NCBI GenBank assembly: GCA_964035545.1
Contig: OZ037769.1
Span: forward strand, 434,001 to 498,000
DNA from: Bugula neritina
Taxonomy: Eukaryota; Animalia; Bryozoa
Length of the DNA: 64,000 nucleotides
Reading direction: 5' to 3'
Shown here: one piece after another, positions 19,251 through 34,000 of the stretch
Layout: each line of letters starts with the position of its first letter
Position numbering within the stretch: the first letter of the stretch is position 1
Translations under genes and position numbers: made by a program
The notes under the pieces: model-generated
The model's database searches: none
What the model was told of the DNA's origin: nothing
Seen by the model: the letters and a program-made list of their open reading frames with translations, nothing else

Positions 19251-21034
19251 AATAAGTATAACGCCTGTTCCCATTGGATAGTAACATTTAATTGGTATTT
19301 TTTAAATAATAATGTATAAAATAAAATTAATGCGTTTTGCTATATAATCCAAGTAGCAATAATACCCCACTAACTCTTCATTTGATATGTTGTAACTGCT
19401 TTATCAGAAGATTTGAAGAAATGTGTATGCATGTTGCATTTTTTCATTTAGCAGCAACTGCCACGCTACTAAAACAGCATCTTCTGCTAATTAGACAAAA
19501 ACTCTGTTGTTGTTTAAAAAACCATTTTTGCAGTCATGCAGTTATAGAAATATCAGATAGAAATATTTTAAACATATAAGCTGTCAAAATAAGCTGCCAA
19601 CAATTCTGTTTAATTATGCACATGACGCTGCATGCATGTGAGTGAATGCATAATGTGAATTTTGGTTTTAGACTTCTTATTTTTAGATAAACTGTATTTT
19701 TTTCCTGTGCCTAAATGAATATCGTTTTAATTGAAATAAAAACATAATATGTATAGCTCATTTAAGAAAAGTTTGCTTTTTTTGTTTTTCATTTCCAACA
19801 CTTAACATATCTTATAAGAGTCATGGCATGTTAATATATTAAAAAAACTACTCATATACCAAGTATTGATTTTGATAGAACGAATCTTATATAGATATTA
19901 AAAATTAATGTTCCACAATGCATAATTCAATTTCCATCATGGTTTAATAATGATCACTAGATTGTGCTATATATGTCAAGTAATAGTCTATCCTAGCTTA
20001 GTTTCACATAAGTAATTATAATACTTTCTATACCTGCGAAACAAAAATATAGATAACTCTCTTTTATACTGTGAACGGTACTATGCATCACTTTATAGAT
20101 TAAATTGTTATTATACATCACCACGGTGACATATGTTGGAGATCTTGTTTGCTGGTCTGAATATATACTATGAGAACTATAAAATGATGTCAAACAATTA
20201 ACTGTATAGTTTGCAATTACACCCGCCGTGAAGACCTAAAACGCCTCTTGTCCAAATCCAGTAACAATATTTATGTAACATTCATAGCAGATACTAAAGA
20301 ACTTGTGGTATCTTAAAAAGTTAGTTAAAAAGTCAAATAATGGGATAACTGGTATGGCATAAATGAGATTTTGAGAACTGTTATACTTGTATATTTCTGT
20401 ATATGCATAGACATTAGAATTTCCTATTTTGTCGATACCATTGCGGTGGTAATAAACTGCAGTTGCCACACATCCTATAGTCTATAGTATAGTTCTTCAT
20501 ACTCTGCAATCAATTATTAATTGTAATCAACGCGTAGCTCATGCACACCTGTGTCAATTGCACCACACTCATTAATACAACAGTTTCCATTTGAAATAAT
20601 TTCATATTTATGTATTGTCACATATAGAAAAAGTTGCTAAGCATAATTACTTCGCTTTTGTATAAAAGTTAAAAATAATAAATTAAAATAATATGTCTTT
20701 GTTTTGATGATTAAAGAAGTTTGATTAAAATGTACCATAAAATTTAGAACCAACCTTTATTATTGCTATACATTTGATAGAATCATAAAGTTATAGATAT
20801 ACTAGGGATTCCTGTGATATCATCCAATTTGCTTATCATATACACAAGGATGAAGGTTATAAAAATTAGAGGAAAGAAGAATGCAAAGTTATGCATTCAT
20901 ATTTTTATAGCTGCTCCTCACCTCAATTTGTTATTAAAACTGCACTAAAAGTAGAAATGGATTATTTGTTAACAAACAATAACAATATAAAGTTTGATGG
21001 TCAACAATTAAGTAAAGAAAATATTTATCTAAAT

Positions 21035-24000
21035 TCATCTAGAATATAATATACTTTGGCAGCATTTGAATAGAATAAATCCAGTGACAGATACGACAAA
21101 TAGAGACGCTATGAGTATTCCCAACATCACCCCAGCTCTTCGGCCAATGCTGTAACAGAGAGAGTAAATCGTGATTATAAATTATTCTGCACACTGTAGA
21201 ATTGGTAACCTAGCTAAGACTCTTTTACAGTACATGCATAAGCTATAAAGTGTATGATGCACCAGCAAAGATGTAATTCTATAGAAAGGTGTAAAGGCAA
21301 AGGTAAGTGTGTGTGTGTGCGATTTTCAGTGTAGATGTAAACGTAAATATATGGGTATAACTGTAGCTAAAGCAGATATAGCATGTTATAGTATGTGTAG
21401 AGCTAAGTGTAGCTGGTGATGTATATATGGATGTAAGCATAGACACAGATGTAAGTGTAGATAGAGTAGATATAGCTATAGATGCATATATGTATATGTA
21501 TAAGTGTAGACACAGCTGTAAGTGTAGACACAGCTGTAAGTGTAGACACAGCTGTAAGTGTAGGCACAGATGTAAGTGTAGACATAGATGTAAGTGTAGG
21601 CACAGATGTAAGTGTAGACATAGATGTAAGTGTAGACACAGCTGTAAAAGTAGACATAAGTGTAGACACAACTGTAAGTGTAGACACAAATGTAAGTGTA
21701 GACACAGATGTAAGTGTAGACATAGATGTAAGTGTAGACACAGCTGTAAGTGTAGACATAAGTGTAGACACAACTGTAAGTGTAGACACAGATGTAAGTG
21801 TAGACATATGTAGATGTAAGTGTAGACACAGCTGTAAGTGTAGACATAAGTGTAGACACAACTGTAAGTGTAGACACAAATGTAAGTGTAGACATAAGTG
21901 TAAGTGAAGACACAGCTGTAAGTGTAGACACAAATGTTAGTGTATAGACACAGATGTAAGTGTAGACATAGATGTAAGTGTAGACACAAATGTAAGTGTA
22001 GACACAGCTGTAAGTGTAGACATAAGTGTAGACACAGCTGTAAGTGTAGACACAAATGTTAGTGTATAGACACAGATGTAAGTGTAGACATAGATGTAAG
22101 TGTAGACACAGATGTAAGTGTAGACATAAGTGTAGACACAACTGTAAGTGTAGACACAGCTGTAAGTGTAGACACAAATGTTAGTGTATAGACACAGATG
22201 TAAGTGTAGACATAGATGTAAGTGTAGACACAGACGTAAGTGTAGACACAGATGTAAGTGGAGACACAGCTGTAAGTGTAGACACAGCTGTAAGTGTAGA
22301 CATAAGTGTAGACACAGCTGTAAGTGTAGACACAAATGTTAGTGTATAGACACAGATGTAAGTGTAGACACAGACGTAAGTGTAGACACAGATGTAAGTG
22401 TAGACATAAGTGTAGACACAACTGTAAGTGTAGACACAGCTGTAAGTGTAGACACAGCTGTAAGTGTAGACACAGCTGTAAGTGTAGACACAGCTGTAAG
22501 TGTAGACACAGATGTAAGTGTAGACACAAATGTAAGTGTAGACACAGCTGTAAGTGTAGACACAGACATAAGTGTAGACACAACTGTAAGTGTAGACACA
22601 GCTGTAAGTGTAGACACAAATGTTAGTGTATAGACACAGATTTAAGTGTAGACATAGATGTAAGTGTAGACACAGACGTAAGTGTAGACACAGATGTAAG
22701 TGTAGACATAAGTGTAGACACAACTGTAAGTGTAGACACAAATGTAAGTGTAGACACAGCTGTAAGTGTAGACATAGATGTAAGTGTAGACACAGCTGTA
22801 AGTGTAGACACAAATGTTAGTGTATAGACACAGATGTAAGTGTAGACATAGATGTAAGTGTAGACACAGACGTAAGTGTAGACACAGATGTAAGTGTAGA
22901 CATAAGTGTAGACACAACTGTAAGTGTAGACACAAATGTAAGTGTAGACACAGCTGTAAGTGTAGACACAGCTGTAAGTGTAGACACAGCTGTAAGTGTA
23001 GACACAGCTGTAAGTGTAGACACAGATGTAAGTGTAGACACAAATGTAAGTGTAGACACAGCTGTAAGTGTAGACACAGACATAAGTGTAGACACAGCTG
23101 TAAGTGTAGACACAGCTGTAAGTGTAGACACAAATGTTAGTGTATAGACACAGATGTAAGTGTAGACATAGATGTAAGTGTAGACACAGATGTAAGTGCG
23201 GTATACTTACTCGTCCCAAAAGAGACAGCAATACTGTAGCCTGCTATTACCACAGCAGTACCTGTCCTGTATAGTGTTAGAGTTGGAGTAGGGGCACACA
23301 AAGTATCCGCGTGGCTCTGTATTATTATCTTCTTGAAGTGGCTCCTCTGAGTAACATACAGGTGGATCTGTAACAGAAATACTCAACTAGTGCGGCTCAA
23401 ATAGAAATGCTACAGTATGTTTATCTCATTAACAATTATAATAATAGGTTGCCTGGTTTTACATTCAATTTGAAACGCTTATATTATATAGTAGTGATGC
23501 TGAGTTAATAATGAAATATTCCTACAAGAGTTGTTTATTTCTTCTTTTTTATATCAAAATTATATTGCCTTGGTAATATCCTGGAGTTCTCACATACAAA
23601 ATTCATATTATTATTAAATTTTAAACCAATCCAAATTATGTATTATAACCAATATCAATATTTAATTTTATCTACACAATATAAACCATTTAAAATCATC
23701 TAACATTTGATTATGAAGCATTTCAGTAGTTACTTAACAGTTTTGGATATAAATCATATTCTTAAATTTACTAACTTTGCCACACTGTGCTGCCATTAAA
23801 TCTTAACTTAAGCAGAGGATTTTAAGGTTAGGAAATAAAGAGAAGACAACAGCTACTGTTTTAATTATTATCGTTGACTATAGCCTCAGTGCCCATGTGA
23901 CCTACAGTAGGCTATACTTGTGTGACATATACATTATACTTATGTGATATACAGTGCACTTGTGTGACATACGCAGTATACTTGTGTGACATACGCAGTA

Positions 24001-27000
24001 TACTTATGTGACATACAGCGCACTTGTGTGACATACGCAGTATACTTGTGTGACATACGCAGTATACTTATGTGACATACAGCGCACTTGTGTGACATAC
24101 AGTGTACTTGTGTGACATACAGTACATACTAGTGTGACCATTATAATAACTTTGACAGTTATATATTAGTAATTAAAGGCTATAGCTAGGTGCATAAAAC
24201 TCTGAATTGTCATCTGGAAGGGGATCGGCTGCATGGAGCCTTCTCAGCAAAAGTATTCAGCTGAAATAAATTGGCCAGGGTTGCCTATCTTAAGACAAAA
24301 TAATAAAACTTTTTACTGCATGCATATGGTATTATTAAACTACTGGGTGAGGAGAAGCTAAGAGATCTACTGAACTAAGCCCTGGTTTACCATCATCATA
24401 GTAGGGGCTGCTGTTGAACCTGGCCTCATATCTGCTGACCCCTCTGACACGCTGACCAGAGGCTATGGCCGTCTTCAAACCCGAGTATCTGGGTACACCG
24501 TGTCTCTTTCCAGCAAATCTTGTTCCAGTATACTGATTTTTACTGGGGACTTCTCTAATCTCCTCATTGGTACTAGATCCTTCCGTACCAGGAATGCTCT
24601 TAGTGTTACCGACACCTGGAAATCGTACAGGAAATAGCTATAGGAATGCCAAAATACCAGCCTCAACTTAAAGTAAATTGTCAGTTTAGACTTTTAAAGA
24701 GCTATCAAATACCAATATCTCTAACAATTGTCCTTAAAATTTGCATATTCAACTCCCTTCCGAGTATGGAGTCTTGGTGAAATAGTCTAACAACCAGCCA
24801 CAAAAATGAATAAATAATAGCGCAGGCTTAACACATGTATAATAAATATTATTTATTGTATAGCTAATAAAAGTTACATTTATATAATATGTAAATAAAT
24901 ATAATTAACGCTTTGCAGCTGATCACAGAATGAAAATTTATAGTAAACCTATAACACTTATTACTAACAACTGCTGTATCAAGTTTTGTTATCTTGTAAA
25001 TCAAGTATATTCAATTTTTTTACGTTGACACTAAAGTGATTTTTCCTTGATTATAATAATTCTTCTTGTAGTGTCAGTAAAACATATAAATATCATAAAA
25101 CGTTGTATAATGAATACTTTAAGTCTAGTGATGTGTGACTGGTGCTAACATTGCTATACCTGTAACCTGCTGGTAGACCTTATAAACAACTCAGCTAATG
25201 CCCGTTATAACTAACTATATTTAGTGTTTATCTGTTGATTAAGTCACGGAGGACAATATCACACACATGGTTAAATGTATACCCTCTATTTTATAAGTTA
25301 TGTTATTACGGGTGTGAAAACCTGCACTTATTGCATTGAGATTGGGTACTTAAAATGGACTTTTCACCCTCAGATATTCTTAGCCAAGCAAGCCATATCT
25401 TTACTTTCATGACTATCACTGAAAGTGTGTGGCTAAAATGGTGGTCTGTATTACAAGCTCAATTGATGCTAATATAGTCTTATGATTTGACATATAGTAT
25501 AGTAACTAAATATTGGCAAGTGAACTGTAAAGGGTGTATCTATGTGTGCAGTAGCTATAATATATTATGCTGGTATGTTATCTTTATAGACATGCAGCTT
25601 TCATCAAAAGCTTTGACATTTCTCACATATATGTTGATACTTATTATACAAGCTAGTAATTTATATATTTATACACGTGCAAGGGTTGACCTAAAGAAAT
25701 CCATTACTAGACATATCCCAATGTTATGAATTTGACTATGATATAGCATTGCGTGGTTGCCATGGATTTCAGCAATGCTTGCTCACGTGTTGGCATTATG
25801 TTTGTTAATCATTAAAAAGCCTAAAATATGTATCAGTGAAGCTGGAGAAACTCATGTCGTATGATTTATGATTTGGAACCATCAAAGAATTTCTGCTAAA
25901 GTTTGAAATATGGCTGTATTATTGAAGTCCTTAGCCAGCTTTGAAAACAGCCTTTCTAATAATAAGGATTCACACAGAGATATCCAAAATAAACTTCCAT
26001 AAGATATTTCGCTATATATACATACATATATACTATATTTTATATTATATAATATAGATGTTACAGCTATATAAGTATATAGTGACTATATAATGCATAT
26101 TCAAGGCAAATATAAGGAAACTTGAGTTAACTTTATCAATGCTGTTTGAAATAGTGCCGAGGTATATTGAGTAGCTTTAAATAAATAGGAAGATTACTGC
26201 ATGAAAGAATGTAGCTTCATATATATAACTATTATATACATTATTATAGGTTCAATGACTTATGAGACTTTGCAAAGTAGAGGAGATTCAACATTCAATT
26301 TAACAGCAAGAGCTGCAATTCTTTGAAAAGAGTTGAAGTTAAGTGTACTTGCTGGATTTCAATACATGTATCACGTGATGACAGGTCTAGTCACTGGATG
26401 CATGGTCTAATGTGAAAACCTGTTGTCATGGTGATTAAAGATGAAAAACTAGCTAGACCTATTTTATTAGTAGAAGTTGAACTAATTTAAAATGACCCAC
26501 TATTGTATGAGAGCAAAATAAATTCATAATCACTTTGACTTCCCTTATAAGTTTTACAAACCTGAAAACAGTATTTGTTTTTATATTGAATTAATGGAAC
26601 GCTTCATAACATTTTATGATTGCTTTACTTTGGCACTGATGTCCTCTTTACCAGCTCAATGTTATTTCCTTCATGCTGAATATTATTTTTATAAGTAATG
26701 TGATCAAACGATAGCCTCACATTTTATAACGGGGTTCTACTTATTTGATCTCAAATAACCTGTTTATATAAGCCAAGAAATATATAAATCTTAGCTATTT
26801 TATTACATAATTTCATAAAAAGAACCCTTTAAACTGGCAACATTTTTATAGTTAACTTGAGTCCGTAACTAAGTATAGCTGCAATGTACTGAGTAATCTA
26901 AGTTGACACACCCAAGGTTAGCTCATAACTCCTCACATTCCTGAGTGACTGCATGCATGATGAGGGTTCAATGCTTATATTTTATTCTGTTCATACTTGC

Positions 27001-28435
27001 TGGGTTTGCTCTATGTTATATTTCTGTGTGACTACGTATCTCTGTAAGACTATAATATAGTATCTCTGTAAGAATATAATATATAGTATCTCTGTAAGAC
27101 TATAATATAGTATCTCTGTAAGAATATAATATATAGTATCTCTGTAAGACTATAATATATAGTATCTCTGTAAGACTATAATATATAGTATCTCTGTAAG
27201 ACTATATGTATAAGTTTGTAAGACTATTATATAAGGTGTCTTTCTAGGTATTCTAATGCAAGAGTATGAATCATTGTATATGAGCTTGTGGTCATACCTA
27301 ATGGTTCGTTTTATTCAGATCATCTCACATAAAAATCCAAACTGTCTGCAGAATTAGATTCTATAGCAGGCCTTATATTAGCAATACTAATTTGATATTG
27401 TCTTGGCCTATTGCACCAACATCTGTTGTGGAGTGAGAAAGGGATTCTGAGACAAGTTATAGAAAGGATGTTAAGTAGAGCTTAGAATTTTCCCAATTTA
27501 TTTGGTAATTAAATACAAAGAAATGTCTAAGAAAACATTACAGAAGCTCTCACTAAATAACATTCAACAGCTATTTTTTAAGACCATTAAAAGCCTAATT
27601 TTTAATCTGACTTTTTATTTTGCCAATATTACCAGAAACTTACAGCTATATAGCTCTTGAGCTATATTAAAGCATTAAATCCGAAACAGCTATCAAATTC
27701 CTATAGTTACAATAAGTAGAAACTAAAACTTTCAAAAGCAACATGCTGTCATAAAGAATACAAATACAAAGTAATTAAACTTGAAGAAGCGCATTATTAT
27801 AGATTGTCACTCCAGTATACTACATCTACCTGGATCCTATGGTAGTTTTTTCTTTTGGTTTCAAATTATCTTGATTTTCAAAAGACAAATGTCTGCTTGA
27901 TATTAGAACTATATATTTGTAATACTCAATACTTTAAAATCTTAAGATACTGGGCTGTATACTTGAAACAGTAACAGAACCCTTTGGATTTTGAAAATAT
28001 TATATATGCACTTGAAAACTGAGTATAGTTTAGATATCAAAAATAAAAGGGAGTAAGTTCAAAGTAAACTATATGGACTATTTATTCAAAAGAAAACCAG
28101 CATTTAGGATGACTCTTCAGTTGTTATTTACTGTTGGTTATTCCAGAAAATTGACCTTTATACCCTAACAGGACAGAGCGGAGGTTGGTGAGATGAGGAT
28201 TGTAGAAAAGGGACAAACAATGGTGATTGTTTCACACTGGATAATTATGCAGCATGTCTATGTCCACTTTGCAGTATTTCAAGTTTTTACTCAGTATAAT
28301 CACTACTCTTGAATTTTAATAAAAATATAGTCAACAAAAACAGAAAAAGCTTTACAAAACTGTTTACACAAACAATTACTTTACATTCTTACCTACTAAT
28401 GATAGCACGAGGAGTAATCTTATTAAAATATCCAT
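21035..28435 (-). CDS. Shisa-like / CX-module single-pass membrane protein (about 179 aa)
   Basis: Exons 28435-28393 (MDILIRLLLVLSLV signal), 24615-24391, 23367-23211 (PPVC..GYFVCP..RYCCGNSRLQYCCLFWD), 21149-21035 (TM AGVMLGILIASLFVVSVTGFILF then KCC..YSR*). Total 540 nt, phases 1/1/2 consistent, canonical GT..AG. Absent from the ORF track. Confidence 0.75.
21500..23197. repeat. 18-bp minisatellite (GTAAGTGTAGACACAGCT) with 12- and 20-bp variants, in the last intron of the Shisa-like gene
   Basis: Directly visible; produces the CLHLQL, CRHSCK and VSTLT repeat ORFs. Confidence 0.97.
23914..24138. repeat. About 19-21-bp tandem repeat (ACTTGTGTGACATACGCAGTAT variants)
   Basis: Directly visible, about 10 units. 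Confidence 0.85.
27037..27205. repeat. 23-25-bp tandem repeat (TAGTATCTCTGTAAGACTATAATA)
   Basis: Directly visible, about 7 units. Confidence 0.85.
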
Positions 28436-30524
28436 GGGGCTCAGAATAGATTATATACTAAGTGTAAAAAGTAGAAAATTCTGGTAAACAGTGAGAAGCA
28501 GTTTGACGTCCAGCTTGATTGATTGCTATGAGCTAAATAAAACACAATTCCATACTTTTCATGCTTGAAGATACTTTAGCAAACCATTAGTCAATCAGTC
28601 ATTGAGAATGGTGACTGTAGCCCATATATATGTAAACTATTATACCCTCAACTCTTGGTGTGTAATGCATTCTTATTTCACATAGCTGGCAGGCAATTTA
28701 TCTTTCTATTATTTATTATAGTATACTAGAGACCTGAAAGTTTGAAAATAATTGTTTGTGGTTGTTTTAAGCTCAGCAATTCAACTCTGACACAATATTA
28801 GATAAACAACAAAAACATTGATTTTAGTTTTAGAATGTACAACACTCGTTGTGGAATAAAATGATTTCAAGAAATTTTATTACGTTTATAAAACTTTTTA
28901 TTGGTTGAAGCATATTTAGTATATATTATCTAATCCAGACACGAGCAGCAGTACCATGAGTACTGTTGTACCACATCTGTGCTCTTAACTAACTAACAAG
29001 TCCATTAATCATTTGTTAAATCTCCTATATACACCATACCTGCCATAATATTATTCTGTTATCACTAATTGCTTGCATTCAAAAATTTAACTTTCATTGA
29101 AGTTATGCAATTAGTTAATATAAAAGCAGATGCTATTAGAGTCAGTATTGTCCCAGAGTTTAATGCACATGAGATGCAACTTTGTAATGCAGACATGAAA
29201 AATTGCTACAAAATTAGGCCGTAACATTAAATATGCCAGTTGGTTAGAGATTGTCTGTAAATTGAATCCTTGATGAAGATTTGAATAATTATCTAAAGGA
29301 AAGAGCCGAAAAAAAAATTTCGTTGATTTTCTGGGTAAATCCTTCATCACATATTGGCTATTATAATAGGTAATAATTTTCAAACAAACTGCAAGGCTTT
29401 AGATGGGGAGGATAACTTCTCATTGATCTGATCAGTCTCGATCTATTATTTGATGGCAAAGCTGGAGTTTGAGGAAATTGTCTTGTGCATTCAGGTGACC
29501 CAATTTTATAGTAATTTCTTGTAGGTATTTTTAATTTTCATAAATCATAGTTTAACTGATATAAATAATTTGAGCAAATTGAGCAAATTAAAATGACAAT
29601 GTGTACATGAATCTTATGTAAACATTATTATAGAATTCCTTGCCGAACAGCTAGCTTCAAGAACTTCTCTGCTGAAACCACCAACTTCAGACATGTGTTA
29701 CCTTCTCTCTAAGGGAAGGCTGACAACTCCTACTATGTGACCATACATGACAAAAATATTATTTGTTCTTAATTGCATTGTCTTAACTAACTTTGAGATA
29801 GTAATATTATAGTTGTACTATAATATAAACTTAGTATACGTCACATTCATAAAATAAAATGAATGGATACATAGTCAAATTAAAATTTTTCTTTATAATA
29901 TACCTTTTAGCACAGAAAAAAAGTAAAAATATAAATATTAGAATAAATTTTGTGGGATTTACTCATTGCCCTGCACAAACGATGTTGAGTAGTTCCAGGT
30001 ATGTCTAGATATTTTATTGGAATGAGTTAAATATGCACATGCAGTTTGCTGAATAAAATGAAAGAGAATATTATCCTTTTGTCTAGAAAAACAGGCTAAA
30101 AGTTTTATTAGTGATTCCAATATTACAGTGCTTGTTAGCTTTACTGCTACAATACCACACAGGATAGTATCATTATTATATTAAACATTTGCGGTACCTA
30201 ATTATAAATGTGAAAACATTGCAAATAAATTAAATTATCTGCATATTAGATTTCGAATTTGTAAATTACTCATAATTTCAAAATATTCAGCAGTTTTGCT
30301 TTAATCGGTACTAACAGAAAAATGTTAAGATATAGCTACAGCAAAAATCCATTTTCGAAATGTTGTTTTTTTAACTTTTGCTCATTCAATAGCTTCATGC
30401 AAAGCATACTTAATTGAGTGAAAAAACAACCACTATTACACTATATACTATTCTATCAGTATATCCTTGCATCAATATATTTACTGGATTTGCTGTAAAG
30501 CTGCAGGCTAATTACTATTTGTAT

Positions 30525-31049
30525 GTGCTTGGTGAGGACAACTTCTTATATACATGGAAAATGTCCTGGAATAAGTGCACAATTATATAACCAGCTATTA
30601 GCTTGCATGTAATAATCTAGCGATCAGGTATTATTAGAACGTTATTGCTCTTTTGTTTAGCTGCTTTATATAAACTAAAAGCTTGATGAACAAAGCTGTG
30701 TAATTGTACACATTACAATACTAAACAAACAATACAATACAATAGAATATATTTTGTTAATACAACTCAAGGAATGTGCTTATAGCTAGTAAATGTGATT
30801 CAATTTATAGAATTTGTATTCACTTATTAAGTTTACAGGTTATTAGTCTCATTCAAGACATATAAAGAGGTGGGGAAATATTTCCATAATGCTCAAGCTA
30901 AGGCTAAAACATTATTGCAAGTATACTTCCTCTTTGAATAATATAGATTTATTTTAGCAATTACCCACTTACCTTTGAGAACTGAAGTACGCTAGTTTAT
31001 CTAATGGAGATTTAACTACCTTTACTTGCTACTTCATAACATGCAGAAG
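30525..31049 (+). promoter_or_regulatory. Upstream region of receptor A, duplicated upstream of receptor B (about 43535-44039)
   Basis: Long shared blocks, e.g. GATCAGGTATT.TTAGAAC, CAATACTAAACAAACAATACAATACAATAGAATATATTTTGTTAATAC.ACTCAAGGAATGTGCTTA and TTTGTATTCACTTATTAAGTTTACAGGTTATTAGTCTCATTCAAGACATAT. Regulatory role inferred from position only. Confidence 0.55.
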
Positions 31050-34000
31050 ATGCATTGGAGAGTTTCTACTCTCAGTTTGCTGGCTGTCCTGCCATTTGCA
31101 GAATATATATCAGGTAGTTGTTGAACATTTCTATTATAAGCTAATGCGTTCTGCACAAAAATAACAATGTCGTGCTCAGTTGGTTGCTTCATTTTATATC
31201 ACTCAAGTAGCTTTCGACATATAGTACTTTGAAACTTAAATGATAACAAAATAGCATAAACATTTTTCAAGCTTGTTGAGTTTTTTATAAAAATAAATGT
31301 TGACTTTTTTGTTTTAATATAATATGAAGTTATAAAACTTGGTGAGACTGTATACTGATATTAATGAATATATGCTCACATTACATGTTTAGTGATTATA
31401 TGACAGTCAATAATAATTAATATTTATTGTATACAATAAGTTTTATTGATAGCTATAGTGTTTGTATATTAACTTATTATAGCAACTATAATTTATCTTT
31501 AAATGATAGTACGATGCCTATACTTTTAACATTATTATTATAGTCTATAAACTAGAACTAGTTTATAGTTTATCAAGCAATGTGCATTATTATTATAAGG
31601 CTGATGTTGCAGCTTTGTGCGGCAAATGACCAAAATACTTGTTGAGTGCTTTGTAAATAATAACTATTATATAAATTCATACCAACAATTCATCGCATAT
31701 CAAAGCCAGTTAAAATTATGATGAGGTGGACAAGATAATCAAACAAATATAATGTTTTATGAGAACAGGAGTTTTACACAAACATGTTCTAAATATTTCC
31801 ATGTAATCAAAGTTCAAATTGTAGACCTACATTATAGTGGATCACTGTTTGACACATTTGGCTATATAGCTGCTTATATAACTATTGTAAAATATGACCA
31901 AAACTTGGATCTGTATTTCTCAGCCTCCACAAACTTAGCCAAGGGAAAAGCTGTATACAGCAGCACATCTACAGATTCTCATAGACCTCCAGCAGCAGTA
32001 GATGGAGAGAATAACTCCTACTTTAAGAGTTCAACTTCTGCTAATCAGTGGTGGATAGTGGATCTGGGAGGATCTTATTATGTGGGAGTCATTAAAGTGT
32101 ACAGCTCTCAGTGTAAGACATGTTTATTATAGATGAATCTCTAAAAGAAACATATTATAGTTTCATTGCTGATGCTCCATATATTCATGAAATGTGATGT
32201 TTGTTTGAAATGTAATGGTTTCAATCTCTTAATATTAATGCTATAATATTATAGAATCTTAAAAAAATGCAGCTCAAATACTAATTTACTCAGGTCTTCA
32301 AGCTGTACCTGATAGAAGTTTATGCTAATATATAAAATATTTGCTCAATTAAAAGTATATTATAGTAAATTCGATAATCTTTAGTAAGGTAAATAAGGTG
32401 TGCATGAAAAGTTTAAATATAGACTATGATGTTTGCCTTTTTATCTTTTAAAGAAAATTGGTTTAAGGTTTAAGTTGTACAATTTTGACAATTAAATCAA
32501 ATGAAAACTCAGCTTCCATGTAGTGATGGTGAAATAATTTACTAAGATTTGTTGTACAGTTTGCACAATCTTAGAGTCAGTGTGAATTTATTTGCAAGAA
32601 CCAGAAATTGTTTGAACATCTAAAATACATTATTATATAACAATGATTAAATGATTTGACTGTATAAACTGTGTCACTATTTAATTATGAAATTATCTCA
32701 AATAAGAATGACAGCTTGTGTTATTTACTGCAAAATAATTTAGTGCAATTTATACAACTCCATGGAATAACTTATAACTTCAAAATATTGCAGATGACAA
32801 GTTCCAGGAAGTCTCCATATTTCTATCAAATACTGAGACTGTATCAACCTCTCCCCTTGACCTTCCAACCAACAATGACTGGACAGAATCAACTTCACAG
32901 TTCAGTTTTACAGCAGATGGTGATGACTTTGTGACCTACATAACGTCATCACAAGATGGGAGTTTATCAGAAGCTAGACACGCTGCTGTGTACAGTACAA
33001 GTAGTGGTGGTTTAGTAATCAATGAAGTAGAGGTCTATGGTTATGGTGAGTGTTTCAGGTTATAATATAATATAAACTAGTTAGGAGGGACACACAATAA
33101 ATGTGTTGGTTTAGTAATTTGTTAATATTACATGACCATATCCCACTGTCACCATGCAGTAACTGTTTTATTTTCATTAGAAAACATTTCCCTTTTACTA
33201 CATTGTTTTAGATAAAATTTGAAAAATATTATTTTTTATGAAAATTATCTCAACATTTTAAATGAGAAACATATATTTAATTTTTTCATGTGTAAATTGA
33301 ATGAATATATTATATACAGTAACATATTTTCCATATTGCATATTTAACTCTATATAAATGACTGCTCTAAATCTATAAGCATTATATACAACTATAAATA
33401 ACATACTATACTGGGGTATATGTTGATGTATTATATAGAAGTATTGACTAGAAATGTGGCTGTTGGAAAGAGTGTTAGAAGTAGTTCAGTGAACCCTAAC
33501 AACAGGATAGCTGAGAAAGCTAATGATGGACTCATAAATAGCGATACCTTCTACAGATCTGAGAATATTGCTAATCAGTGGTGGAGAGTTGACCTTGACA
33601 CTCAGTACTTTATTGTGGGAGTTCTGATGTATAACCATGGCATTATAAGTATTATTTTCACTAAAGTCTAATCCGAGTATTACAGTCAGTGAAACACAAT
33701 TATTTCATCTTTATCTCATTGTGTTGTATTATATACAGTATGAATCATAAAAATTCGGTGGTATATTTTGTCTCCTGTAATAATCCATTACTTGATAAAT
33801 TGAGCTAATAATTGGAAATAGTTTTTTCAGCTGGTAATCATAAGCAGTGCTTTATATTTGTTTCCTGCAGCTTTCAAATTATAATAAAGAATCTGTAATT
33901 GCATTTGTTATCTTTTGATTTAAATTATTTGCTACAAAAAGGATTTTGCAGTTTATATATCTCGTATACAATACCATGCTAACTTGTTTTATGTAGTACT

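Noticed and set aside
21279-23231. Long Cys/His-rich ORFs (CLHLQL, CRHSCK, VSTLT) resembling metal-binding repeat proteins
   Set aside because: They are translations of an intronic 18-bp minisatellite that is open in several frames on both strands.
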